A stretch of 64,000 bases of DNA from Bacillota bacterium (GTDB lineage: Bacteria; Bacillota; Clostridia; Christensenellales; UBA1242): positions 7,013 through 71,012 of the forward strand of contig WRAS01000005.1 of assembly GCA_009780065.1 (NCBI GenBank), written 5' to 3'. Below are positions 7,226 through 16,392 of the stretch, one piece after another. The notes beneath the pieces were generated by a model that was given only the letters and a program-made list of their open reading frames with translations, was not told where the DNA came from and did not search any database. The translations under genes were made by a program, and so were the position numbers. Within the stretch, counting starts at the first letter, position 1. The number at the start of each line of letters is the position of its first letter.

Positions 7226-9142
7226 ATGAAAAAACACATAAGAAAAATATCAATACTCACATTACTATTTATCTTTGCACTTACTCCATTCATAATATTA
7301 ATGAATAAATATGAAATGCGAAACGTTCTTGCAAGCACAAGAAATGCAAATTGTAATTGCATATATTGTGATTGTGTTGAATGTTTTTGTGAAAATTGTT
7401 GCAACGACAATATTACCCGCGGTGGTCATCGTATCAACAATATACAACAAATGGTTGAAGAGCACTCTGGCGAATTCGTGCGGATACACACACCATATGA
7501 TAGTGTAATCACAGAAAAAATCCAAAGAGAAACAGACAAAATGCGTAGTCAACCATTAACAGGATTTAACCCATCTCTTCATTACAGCCGAACAATAATC
7601 CGTCAAAGCAGCAATCAAAATAATCGTATTGTGGTAGTTCTTATGGGAGATGGATTCACGGCATCCCAACAAGGAAATTGGCCAAACCCAGCCTCAGGCA
7701 CATTTTTGTATCATGCACGCAGTGCAACAAATTTCATGATGCAGACATATCCATTCAGTCTGTTCGAAGATTTGTTTACGGTTTACGCAATTCAAACCAT
7801 ATCCGCACAATCTGGCATATCCAGACCCAGACCATGGCCGCTTTCAGATATTAACGTGCGCAATCGTTTCGGGAGTTTTGAACCAAGAAATAATGAAATT
7901 GATATGCCCATAGAGGGACAAAGTGATGTAAGATTTATCGCAGAACACTTTGCAGGCGGTCGTGTAAATTTAAATATGATTCAGGTAATTGCAAATTCAG
8001 ATAGATTTGGTGGTCGTGCTTTTGGTGCGACCCCAGTTACTAGTCCAATTGTTGGAATAGCGCTGACGTCAGTCCACACAAATCATGGTGGTTGGCGACG
8101 AACATTTATTCATGAATTCGGACATTCATTTGGTGGCTTGGCAGATGAAATAGATGGATCACATGCATGGAATAATATAGCAAACATGGCTACAGACAGA
8201 AATAACGTTCCATGGAGCCATTGGATAGGTATTGTAGATATCGGGCAACCACGTGCAATAACTGCTAGAACAATTGGTGGTCAAAATGTGCGAAGATACG
8301 TCCCCCGCGGATATGATACTGATTGGTTAGGAATTACTGGCGGTTGTTTAATGTCACGCAGTAGTGGGCGTATAACTTCTTTTTGTTTGGTATGTTCTGC
8401 CGAACTAACGCGACGTTTGGCGCAACATCATTCTGGTGAAACCTTTGTGCCCCGTTGTAACTATTCACATGAGACACATATTACGGTACAACAGAATCCA
8501 AGGAACAGAGTTTTAAATTATGCCTTCAACGGAAATACAACGGTACAACATGTAACAATACCATCTTGCATAAGGACAATTGGGGCATATGCATTTTTGG
8601 GTGCAACGCGTTTATGGACGATTACAAATTTAAGTCCAATACCGCAACCAATTAATATTGCAACCTTCGCCAGATTAGATAGGTCTCAAATCACAGTAAT
8701 AGTTCCGCAAGGAACCACGCAAGCCTACCGCAACGCAGGCTGGACAGGTTTTAACATCGTCGAACCAAATTTCTTCGCAGGCGGCAGCGGCACCTCGATT
8801 GACCCATTTTTAATCAGTAATTCAACACATTTGAATAATGTGAGGTACGCCCCATCAGCGCAATTCTCACTTGCGGACAACATCACTTTAACCAGTAACT
8901 GGACACCAATCCCTAATTTCCACGGAACATTCAACGGCAATAATCGCGAGATTCGTGGAATAAACATATCCAACCCAAGCGTACCAACCAGTGGCACAAC
9001 CAATACAGGGTTTGTTGCACGAAACTACGGTATAATCGCAAACACAATCTTCTCGGATGTGCGGATAGACTTTCGTTCAGACCATGGGGCAGCAATAACC
9101 AACGTAGGTGCCGATTGCAGGAATGAATCTTGGCATGATTAA
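7226..9142 (+). CDS. Exported M64-family (IgA-peptidase-like) zinc metalloprotease with BspA-type LRR and GLUG repeats; upstream part of a frame-disrupted gene
   Basis: N-terminal signal anchor, then a Cys cluster CNCIYCDCVECFCENCC. VLMGDGFT, ANSDRFGGRAFG and HEFGHSFGGLADE are M64-like motifs. YAFNGNTTVQHVTIPSCIRTIGAYAFLG is an LRR_5 type repeat. A GLUG-type region starts at GSGTSIDPFLISN. The ORF ends shortly after the frame diverges from the 9108 ORF. Confidence 0.8.
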   Translation: MKKHIRKISILTLLFIFALTPFIILMNKYEMRNVLASTRNANCNCIYCDCVECFCENCCNDNITRGGHRINNIQQMVEEHSGEFVRIHTPYDSVITEKIQRETDKMRSQPLTGFNPSLHYSRTIIRQSSNQNNRIVVVLMGDGFTASQQGNWPNPASGTFLYHARSATNFMMQTYPFSLFEDLFTVYAIQTISAQSGISRPRPWPLSDINVRNRFGSFEPRNNEIDMPIEGQSDVRFIAEHFAGGRVNLNMIQVIANSDRFGGRAFGATPVTSPIVGIALTSVHTNHGGWRRTFIHEFGHSFGGLADEIDGSHAWNNIANMATDRNNVPWSHWIGIVDIGQPRAITARTIGGQNVRRYVPRGYDTDWLGITGGCLMSRSSGRITSFCLVCSAELTRRLAQHHSGETFVPRCNYSHETHITVQQNPRNRVLNYAFNGNTTVQHVTIPSCIRTIGAYAFLGATRLWTITNLSPIPQPINIATFARLDRSQITVIVPQGTTQAYRNAGWTGFNIVEPNFFAGGSGTSIDPFLISNSTHLNNVRYAPSAQFSLADNITLTSNWTPIPNFHGTFNGNNREIRGINISNPSVPTSGTTNTGFVARNYGIIANTIFSDVRIDFRSDHGAAITNVGADCRNESWHD

Positions 9143-9734
9143 CCGAGTAGAGGTACGTGCAGAAATTCGGGTTAGACGGATAAACTCGCGCGTGGGTGGC
9201 ATAGCAGGAGTTAACGTCGGAACAATTCAATATTCTAATATCACAAACAACAACACAAACCGCGCATATACCATTATATATGGAAACGGAGATCTTGGTG
9301 GAGTGGCTGGACATAACACCACTGGCTACGGTCGGCGTGGGCATATAAGAAATATACACGTGCATCATACGACGATACAACATTTCTTAGTCAACCACAG
9401 CAGGTCCGTAGGCGGGGTAGTGGGCTTTAACACCAGTGCAACTTTGGAATGGGCGATTATTCACGATGTAATAGTACGCAATGGCGGACAATCCAATGCA
9501 TCTCATATAGCCCCAGCAATGGGATTAATTGTAGGGCAATTCCAAAACTCCACAGTACATCATTTTGGTCGTCACAGATCATCTATGAACTACGGCAACT
9601 TATCTGTCTCCCAACCTACTCATTTCGGTTCACTTGGTTGGGGTGGTGCAGGACGAGGCTGGGGCGGTCAAATGTCTGGTAATAATGATATTCTTGTTCC
9701 CACGAGTGGGGAAATTGTGTTGTGCAATTTTTAA
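9108..9734 (+). CDS. GLUG-repeat C-terminal part, most likely the continuation of 7226..9142 after a 1-nt frame shift
   Basis: IAGMNLGMINRVEV...VGGIAGVNVGTIQYSNI...LGGVAGHNT...VGGVVGFNT are GLUG-type repeats. The junction ...ITNVG/(A)IAGMNLG parallels ...WINAGLIAGNVGTNG in the paralogous tail of 58466..60661. Confidence 0.7.
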   Translation: MPIAGMNLGMINRVEVRAEIRVRRINSRVGGIAGVNVGTIQYSNITNNNTNRAYTIIYGNGDLGGVAGHNTTGYGRRGHIRNIHVHHTTIQHFLVNHSRSVGGVVGFNTSATLEWAIIHDVIVRNGGQSNASHIAPAMGLIVGQFQNSTVHHFGRHRSSMNYGNLSVSQPTHFGSLGWGGAGRGWGGQMSGNNDILVPTSGEIVLCNF

Positions 9735-9769
9735 TCCTAATTTCTTAAATTATACGATATAATAGTATT

Positions 9770-10549
9770 ATGAAAAAGTTTCTTATAATACCTTTGCTTG
9801 TATTTGTGGCGGTTACCTTTGTGGGGTGTTCGTCTGTTACTGCTGCGGTTTCACGTCTCCCAGATGGACGTGTTTTGCAAATTGTAGAGTTCCGTTTTGA
9901 CGAAACAACAACACAGAACTTGTTCGACACAAACGAGATATATAACTTTCTAGGTGACCCAAAGTTTGGTCTCACAACCACCCGAAGCGAAACCACCGTT
10001 ATCCACAATGGCGAGTCTTTAACGTTCACGTTTGGCATGTATTACACCTTGGAACGTGCAGATTATGCAATTCGATTAACATTGGAATTTGATAACTTTG
10101 ATTCTTATGCCTATTTTAACGGAATTCCGCATGATTATGATACACAAACAATTGATATCCAGCGCAATGTATTTTTCGTGGAACGCACAATAACAATGCC
10201 TAATCCTTTTGCAACATTTTTTGAAAGCAACTCTAACCGTACGTTGGATATAATTAATCATTTCACAGCACAGTTTGGTGCGAATAAAGATGACCTTACT
10301 TTGGTTTATGTACTTGCGTCTCCAATTCGCCGTACCAGTACCAATGCAACCAGCAACCAACGCACCATAGACACCCACTTTTATTTCTTTGAATCAACAT
10401 ACGCCAATATGATTGACGAAATTGTGGTTTTCGATCGCTTTGCAAACACACCAATTTGGTATGGAATAGGAGTTGGGGCAACAGTTATATTCATGCTGGT
10501 CTTGTATTCAATCCTGAAAAGAAAGTCAGATAACCAAATCACAGTTTAA
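9770..10549 (+). CDS. Putative lipoprotein with a C-terminal transmembrane anchor
   Basis: MKKFLIIPLLVFVAVTFVGCSS has a lipobox-like VGC, and there is a hydrophobic C-terminal helix. TATAAT (9758-9763) lies 6 nt before the ATG, with no SD. Confidence 0.65.
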   Translation: MKKFLIIPLLVFVAVTFVGCSSVTAAVSRLPDGRVLQIVEFRFDETTTQNLFDTNEIYNFLGDPKFGLTTTRSETTVIHNGESLTFTFGMYYTLERADYAIRLTLEFDNFDSYAYFNGIPHDYDTQTIDIQRNVFFVERTITMPNPFATFFESNSNRTLDIINHFTAQFGANKDDLTLVYVLASPIRRTSTNATSNQRTIDTHFYFFESTYANMIDEIVVFDRFANTPIWYGIGVGATVIFMLVLYSILKRKSDNQITV

Positions 10550-10705
10550 TTTTGTATCAATTTTTATTTAGTGTGATACAATAAAAAATGCGAGCAAACT
10601 CGCGTTGGAATGATATCTTAGTAGCATTTTTTGAACATTAAGGTATTTGTCAATTGCTGAATTATCTGCGATAATTCCTAGGTCATAAAAACAAAGGGAA
10701 TGCAA

Positions 10706-12193
10706 ATGAAAAAATTTTTACTGCTCCTAACATTGGTATGTTTTGTTGGAGTTGCAATACATATTGTGCCAGTTGCTTCGCAGGTAGTTGTATCGGCACA
10801 ATCAATGTTGTCTGTTACAAATAATGTTGTATGGGAGGAAAACGGACTTCATTTTATAGAATTCGGTTCATATCCGAGGACTTTTGTTGGCAAAGAACAA
10901 AATGCCAGATTCGAAGAAAACTTTAACGAGGGCACGCAAGAACTGTTCGGACGTGGTGCGGTATCTTATTTTGCAACAAATGGCGGAACCACAGGTGCAG
11001 AAGGGTATATAGAAAAACTTAACCCTTGTTTTGAATACAGGGGCGAAAGATTCGTGCGCGTTGAATCCATGCGAAATGCACCAGTTGCGGGTGGGGTATC
11101 CGTTTTCACCGATGGCACAGAAATGGATGATTCCGGCACAGTATATTGGTTCAGAGTGGAGCCTATAAGATGGATTATTTTAAATTGGGACAATCTTCCA
11201 ACTACGGTTAATTCGGACGGCGATAACACTGCGACATATATCAAACTATGTACCGCCGAATCTATTGCCGCTAATATACCCTTTAGTAATATCGCAAATA
11301 TATCAATTTGGGAAGACTCGACCGCCCGTGGTTGGCTTAACGGAACCGATGTCGGTTTAAATTTTTCTGATAAAAATTCTTTTATTAGCGATGCATTTTC
11401 CAGTGCCGAGAGGGCATTAATCGAGTACTCGGTTCTCACCACAAATGGTCCAAGTGATTTGACATTAACAGGCTTGGGTGCACCCGAGAGCATAACAACA
11501 GATAGAATATTTATTCTAAGTTTTTCCGAGGTAGTTGAACATTCACATGTTTTCAGCAATATGCCAATGGACGAAAACAGTGGGGAACGTCTTTTAAGGG
11601 CAACTGATTACGCCCTTGCAAATAATGCCCGTGTGAGTTATCAAATTGCGGGGTGGGAAGAATTTGATGGGAATGTTTGGTGGTGGTTGCGCACCGCCCA
11701 AGGTGCAGGAGGGGCATCATCATTCATAAGTTTCCGTGGTCATCAAAACGGGCAGCAGGCCAGCAACATCAACAACGCATTACGGCCAGCTATGAGATTA
11801 TCTCTTGATTTATTTGATGAAATTGTAAACGTAACAATAAACTTGGACATTGATAGTGGTATTAAAACCGAGTCTGGGTTGGTTTTACGTGGAAATGGCG
11901 TGACGGTTCAATTTCCGCCAACCATTGATGAAATTGAAAGAATCACAATTAACGGAATCGCAATTGATACACAAACATTGAACAATGCCAACACTAATGG
12001 ATATTTTATTATTCCAGGAATTACAGGCGATACCATAATAAATGTAACTTTTGTTTCTCAAAAATATCCTTGTAATAATAATGGACTTTCTTTACCTGCC
12101 ATTTTGGGAATTATCGCAGGTTGCTTAGTTGCCTTGGGACTCGTTGTCTGTCTAATTTTATTTTTGCACAAAAAGAAAAAGCGTAATGTTTAA
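10706..12193 (+). CDS. Exported hypothetical protein with a C-terminal membrane anchor (resembles DUF6273-type domains, tentative)
   Basis: Signal peptide MKKFLLLLTLVCFVGVAIH. IRWIILNWD and WWWLRTA motifs. C-terminal LPAILGIIAGCLVALGLVVCLILFL followed by KKKKR. Confidence 0.6.
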   Translation: MKKFLLLLTLVCFVGVAIHIVPVASQVVVSAQSMLSVTNNVVWEENGLHFIEFGSYPRTFVGKEQNARFEENFNEGTQELFGRGAVSYFATNGGTTGAEGYIEKLNPCFEYRGERFVRVESMRNAPVAGGVSVFTDGTEMDDSGTVYWFRVEPIRWIILNWDNLPTTVNSDGDNTATYIKLCTAESIAANIPFSNIANISIWEDSTARGWLNGTDVGLNFSDKNSFISDAFSSAERALIEYSVLTTNGPSDLTLTGLGAPESITTDRIFILSFSEVVEHSHVFSNMPMDENSGERLLRATDYALANNARVSYQIAGWEEFDGNVWWWLRTAQGAGGASSFISFRGHQNGQQASNINNALRPAMRLSLDLFDEIVNVTINLDIDSGIKTESGLVLRGNGVTVQFPPTIDEIERITINGIAIDTQTLNNANTNGYFIIPGITGDTIINVTFVSQKYPCNNNGLSLPAILGIIAGCLVALGLVVCLILFLHKKKKRNV

Positions 12194-12350
12194 TTATGAC
12201 TAGATCATTTTGTTCTTTGAAAATGAAGTTATACGATCTTATGTCATTTAAAATTAAAACATTTGCAAAAGTCCCTAATTCATGATACTTTATGTGTGTT
12301 TGATGCATACATAATATATGTATGTTGTAAATTAATCAAGGAGGGATTTT

Positions 12351-14693
12351 ATGAATGTAAGTTCGGTAACACTTTCATTACTTGGATTGTTGTTATTCGG
12401 CCTTGCTCTCGGGATGCTGGTTGGACTTTGTCGTGGTTTTAGAAAAAGCTGGTTCCGTTTGGCTACTTTGGTACCTGCATTGCTGATTGCATTTTTTATG
12501 ACCCCGCTATTCACCCGAAGTATGGCAAATACAGCAGACAGATTGTTCTATGAAGAAGTACTTTACGGTAACAACGATTTGTACGCACTTCACTATAATT
12601 TTGATGGATTAGCAGAATTTTTTTCCAGAATGCCGCTTGCTATCTTGAACCTGGTTGTCTTTATTGGGTTGTTGTTTGTTTTAAGGTTTATATCTTTGAT
12701 TATTTTTTGGATTTTTGCCGGCAAGGTTGCACCAAGACAAAGACAAGTTACCAATGGTAAAACCGCCAATGGTATGGATCGCGTCGAAACAAAAGACATG
12801 CCAAGAAGACGTTTGTTTGGAATGTTGGTAGGTGCTGCGCAAGGTCTTGTTTTATTTTTCTTCCTTATGATTCCTGTGAATGGAATTCTCGGGACAATTA
12901 ACACAATGGATAATTACGAGCCCGAGTTCACAACATGGAACATGGAATACCTGCACAACGACGATATGCGAAACTTTCTGACAGATATGTCTGAATTTAA
13001 CGATGAAATAAACAGTTCCGCATACGGTGTTATTACACGAATTACCGGAATGCGTGCCTTGTCTGGACCTATGCTTGGGTATCTTCTTACCGTCCGAATG
13101 CCAGGCCAAGAAAACATTCGCCTTCGCCAAGATATCTTAACCGGTAACGAAATTATGCGTGACTTTGTTGCAATTCAAAACGCGTTGATGTTTGACGAAA
13201 ATGGTGAAGAACGTTCTATGACCGAGGGATTCAGATATCTGGATGATGCGTACTGGGACGCTATGCACGAACTTATTAACAAGTTATTTGAAATTCGCAC
13301 ATTCCGCCTGCTTGCAAACAGTGCAGAGGGTCTAGAAGGTTTTGCAGCCGACACCGATCTTTTCCTAGACGAAGATGGTACACCAATACTTACAATTCTT
13401 CCACGAGACAGTGATATAGACGACGAAGACGACCAAACTGCACAATGGCACGCGGTTAACATTGAATTCAATAATGCACTTGTATCTGCAATTTCACGAA
13501 TGAACTATGACTTTATCCGCGGCGACATGCGCGCAGCAATAAACATCATCCGTTCATTGTTCGGTGACACATTTAATGTTAACGGAGAATACTACACATT
13601 GTTTGATGGTCTAGATGGTGTTATCAGTAACTTTGGCGAAGACAGTGGCGACCTAAGCGATGCAATGAACACATTGTCCACAATTATTGGAGCAAATCCA
13701 AGTGACAGTGTGCTTAATGATTTTTTTACATCTGTGTTCCAACTTGGATTCTTTCAACACATTCTTGTTGCAGGACCTGCACCTGCATTTGAAACACCTG
13801 CATTGGTAAGACTTCCATTGATGCAAATGTTCAACTTTACCGCAGGAGAAGCGCAACTGGGGACCCTTAACTGGGATGCTACTGCGTATGACCTTACACG
13901 TATCTTTATCACCGCTACCGAAGCGATCGTAGGTATCAATGAAATGTTGGATGACGATGCAGATGTTCTTGATATAATTGGTGATATGGATCCAAACGTT
14001 CGTGATGCAGTTGCGGACATATTGCAAATATTTACAATGGAAATCGGTATCAGCCACAATATCAGATTGGTTGCAACACGTTTCATTAATGATAATATCG
14101 ACCTTACCGCCCAAGACCCAACAGTACAAACAATTCTTAACGATATCCTTGACCGTTTGGCTCAACCGGATCCAGACCTTAACTGGCGCCAGCATCTACA
14201 AACACTTCAAGGTGCAATTCAAATGCTGAACGTTATTGCAGGCGGAAACATCAGTGACATCATTGATTCAGTTTTTAACAGCGACTTTATGTACAACCTT
14301 AAAAACGATAATGTTATTGGTCCAATCGTAGCCGGTATTATCGAAGACCTTGTTGAAGACCATCTAAGTATCGCGGATGGCACAATGTCCGTAACATTTA
14401 CCGGAACATGGTACGAAACACTAGAGGCTATGTACCTTCTTGGAAATGGTATGAATAATGTTCTTACCGCCCTTGATGATGGACAGAATCTTACAGGTGA
14501 GCAAATCATCGACCTTATCGACGAAACCGGTCAGGTGTTTGTTGACTTGGTAGAACTTGGTAACATCCAAATTGCTATTGAAGACGACCTTTGGGATGAT
14601 TTCGAAGCACATATGAACGACCTTGATCTTCCACAAGCCCAAATTGACGACATTCTTTCCACTCTCTTTGTACGTCGTCCTCCAGTGGTATAA
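12351..14693 (+). CDS. Large membrane protein with a CvpA-like N-terminal TM region and a long acidic C-terminal region
   Basis: 780 aa. SD AAGGAGGG. The N-terminal GLLLFGLALGMLVGLCRGFRKSWFRL resembles the CvpA family. The remainder is D/E-rich and has no recognised domain. Confidence 0.6.
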   Translation: MNVSSVTLSLLGLLLFGLALGMLVGLCRGFRKSWFRLATLVPALLIAFFMTPLFTRSMANTADRLFYEEVLYGNNDLYALHYNFDGLAEFFSRMPLAILNLVVFIGLLFVLRFISLIIFWIFAGKVAPRQRQVTNGKTANGMDRVETKDMPRRRLFGMLVGAAQGLVLFFFLMIPVNGILGTINTMDNYEPEFTTWNMEYLHNDDMRNFLTDMSEFNDEINSSAYGVITRITGMRALSGPMLGYLLTVRMPGQENIRLRQDILTGNEIMRDFVAIQNALMFDENGEERSMTEGFRYLDDAYWDAMHELINKLFEIRTFRLLANSAEGLEGFAADTDLFLDEDGTPILTILPRDSDIDDEDDQTAQWHAVNIEFNNALVSAISRMNYDFIRGDMRAAINIIRSLFGDTFNVNGEYYTLFDGLDGVISNFGEDSGDLSDAMNTLSTIIGANPSDSVLNDFFTSVFQLGFFQHILVAGPAPAFETPALVRLPLMQMFNFTAGEAQLGTLNWDATAYDLTRIFITATEAIVGINEMLDDDADVLDIIGDMDPNVRDAVADILQIFTMEIGISHNIRLVATRFINDNIDLTAQDPTVQTILNDILDRLAQPDPDLNWRQHLQTLQGAIQMLNVIAGGNISDIIDSVFNSDFMYNLKNDNVIGPIVAGIIEDLVEDHLSIADGTMSVTFTGTWYETLEAMYLLGNGMNNVLTALDDGQNLTGEQIIDLIDETGQVFVDLVELGNIQIAIEDDLWDDFEAHMNDLDLPQAQIDDILSTLFVRRPPVV

Positions 14694-14804
14694 TTTTTAA
14701 GGAAAGTATAGATTTTTGACAGGTAAATATGGTATAATAGGATTGTATAGTTAACGCTGTGCAATCCTTTTTACATATATAATTTACAAAAGAGGGGAGA
14801 CAAC

Positions 14805-16130
14805 ATGTACAACTTTCTTTCAAATGGAATATCCGCGTTTGCGGGAATACTGACCGCTGCTGTACTTGCTATTATTGCGGTTGCTTTGGTCGGGTTGGTA
14901 TTATTGCTTTGGATTTTATTTGTGGCGACCCACAAAAAACGCCGCGACAAAATCGGCTGTCCACGCGAACAAAAACGTTTATCCAATACACGTAATGGAT
15001 TTTTTGTGTTGGGTTTTGTTTTTGTTGTGCTGGCACTTGTTAGTTTTATTTTTGCCGCGACCGCCGCAACGGTGCTTTGGATTCCATTAGTTGCAATTGG
15101 TCTTATTTGCATATTTAATTATGTTGCTTCACTTCTTTGTCCATGTATCTGTGAAAAGGGTAGTTGTTTTTGTAACTGTGATAATGCGCCCGCCACAGAA
15201 GAACCAAAGCAAAAAAAGGAAACACCTATTGCTGCACCAATAAAGGAATCATATGAACCAAAATCAAAGCCAGAGTCAAAAAAAGATATAGCCCCAACAA
15301 AGACAAAAGAAACCGAACCTACAGGACCTACACCTATGAAAGAGGAAAAGGTTGAAAAAGAAGAAAGACAGCCTGGAGAGGTACTTTCTCAACCAACTGA
15401 AGCCGTTAAAGAATCATCAAGCAAGACCCCTGCAAAGGAAGCGAAACCAGCAACAAAAAAATCTGAGAGTGTACCATCTGCGACACAAAAGGCAAAACCA
15501 GTGCAAAAAAAGGTTGCACCCGCCAAAGTGGTGAAATCCGCAAAACAGGTGGAACCAAAGAAGGAAACGGTTAAAACCGAGCCAAAACCAACGCCAGCCT
15601 CGCAAAGTACCAATACCCCTGTAAAACAAGAAGCCACACCAAACACAATTGTCACAACAAATTCATCCGGACAAACCGTAGAGCGTACAGAAACAGTAAC
15701 CAGTTCAGTATATGCACGCGACGAAGTTCGCTATACAGACGGTTCAATTTCTGGATATGAAATGACAGGACACAAACAAACACACCGTATTAACGACAAC
15801 GCTGCGGAAATATTAAATGAAAGTTTGCATGTTAAAAACCTGAGCGATGGCGAAGAGCAACAAATTGTTTCGTCTCAAAAAGCCATTGACTTTAGACAAA
15901 GTGCAGAGAACTCTACCAATACGAAAGAGATTCAATCCATCAAAGAAGTCAAAGAGGAATCTCCAAAACCAGTACCAACGTATAACTTTCAAAAGACAAA
16001 GAGTTCTTCGTCCACTGTAACCGCAACCCAAACATACGACCAAAGCGAAGTTCTTCGTGCGTTGTCCGGTCTTAGAAAAGCCATGGACGAAAACGAAAGT
16101 GTTAAAAATGAACTCAAGGAAGACAAATGA
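14805..16130 (+). CDS. Membrane protein with a juxtamembrane Cys cluster and a K/E/P/T-rich low-complexity region
   Basis: 441 aa. SD GAGGGGAG. About three TM segments are followed by LLCPCICEKGSCFCNCDN, then a long lysine/proline/glutamate-rich spacer. Confidence 0.6.
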   Translation: MYNFLSNGISAFAGILTAAVLAIIAVALVGLVLLLWILFVATHKKRRDKIGCPREQKRLSNTRNGFFVLGFVFVVLALVSFIFAATAATVLWIPLVAIGLICIFNYVASLLCPCICEKGSCFCNCDNAPATEEPKQKKETPIAAPIKESYEPKSKPESKKDIAPTKTKETEPTGPTPMKEEKVEKEERQPGEVLSQPTEAVKESSSKTPAKEAKPATKKSESVPSATQKAKPVQKKVAPAKVVKSAKQVEPKKETVKTEPKPTPASQSTNTPVKQEATPNTIVTTNSSGQTVERTETVTSSVYARDEVRYTDGSISGYEMTGHKQTHRINDNAAEILNESLHVKNLSDGEEQQIVSSQKAIDFRQSAENSTNTKEIQSIKEVKEESPKPVPTYNFQKTKSSSSTVTATQTYDQSEVLRALSGLRKAMDENESVKNELKEDK

Positions 16131-16351
16131 ATAAAAACCAAATTGAACAATATCTTGAAGATAATAATCTTGAATTTGACCGAATCAATGTCACCAGCAC
16201 AAATGTAACAATACACTTTTCCAAAGGGCAATTCATTGTGTCCATGTCGTATCTCGCATTTTTGGAAAGATTGGGAATAATTGATGATTCTGTCATGCGA
16301 TCTCTTGTTATTATGCCAACTGATGAATACCCTGTAAAACAATCCAATTGA
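16127..16351 (+). CDS. Small hypothetical protein
   Basis: 74-aa ORF whose ATG overlaps the upstream stop (ATGA coupling). Confidence 0.45.
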   Translation: MNKNQIEQYLEDNNLEFDRINVTSTNVTIHFSKGQFIVSMSYLAFLERLGIIDDSVMRSLVIMPTDEYPVKQSN

Positions 16352-16392
16352 TTTGCTTGGCACCTTTGCAAATATAAGGTATAAATTTATAT

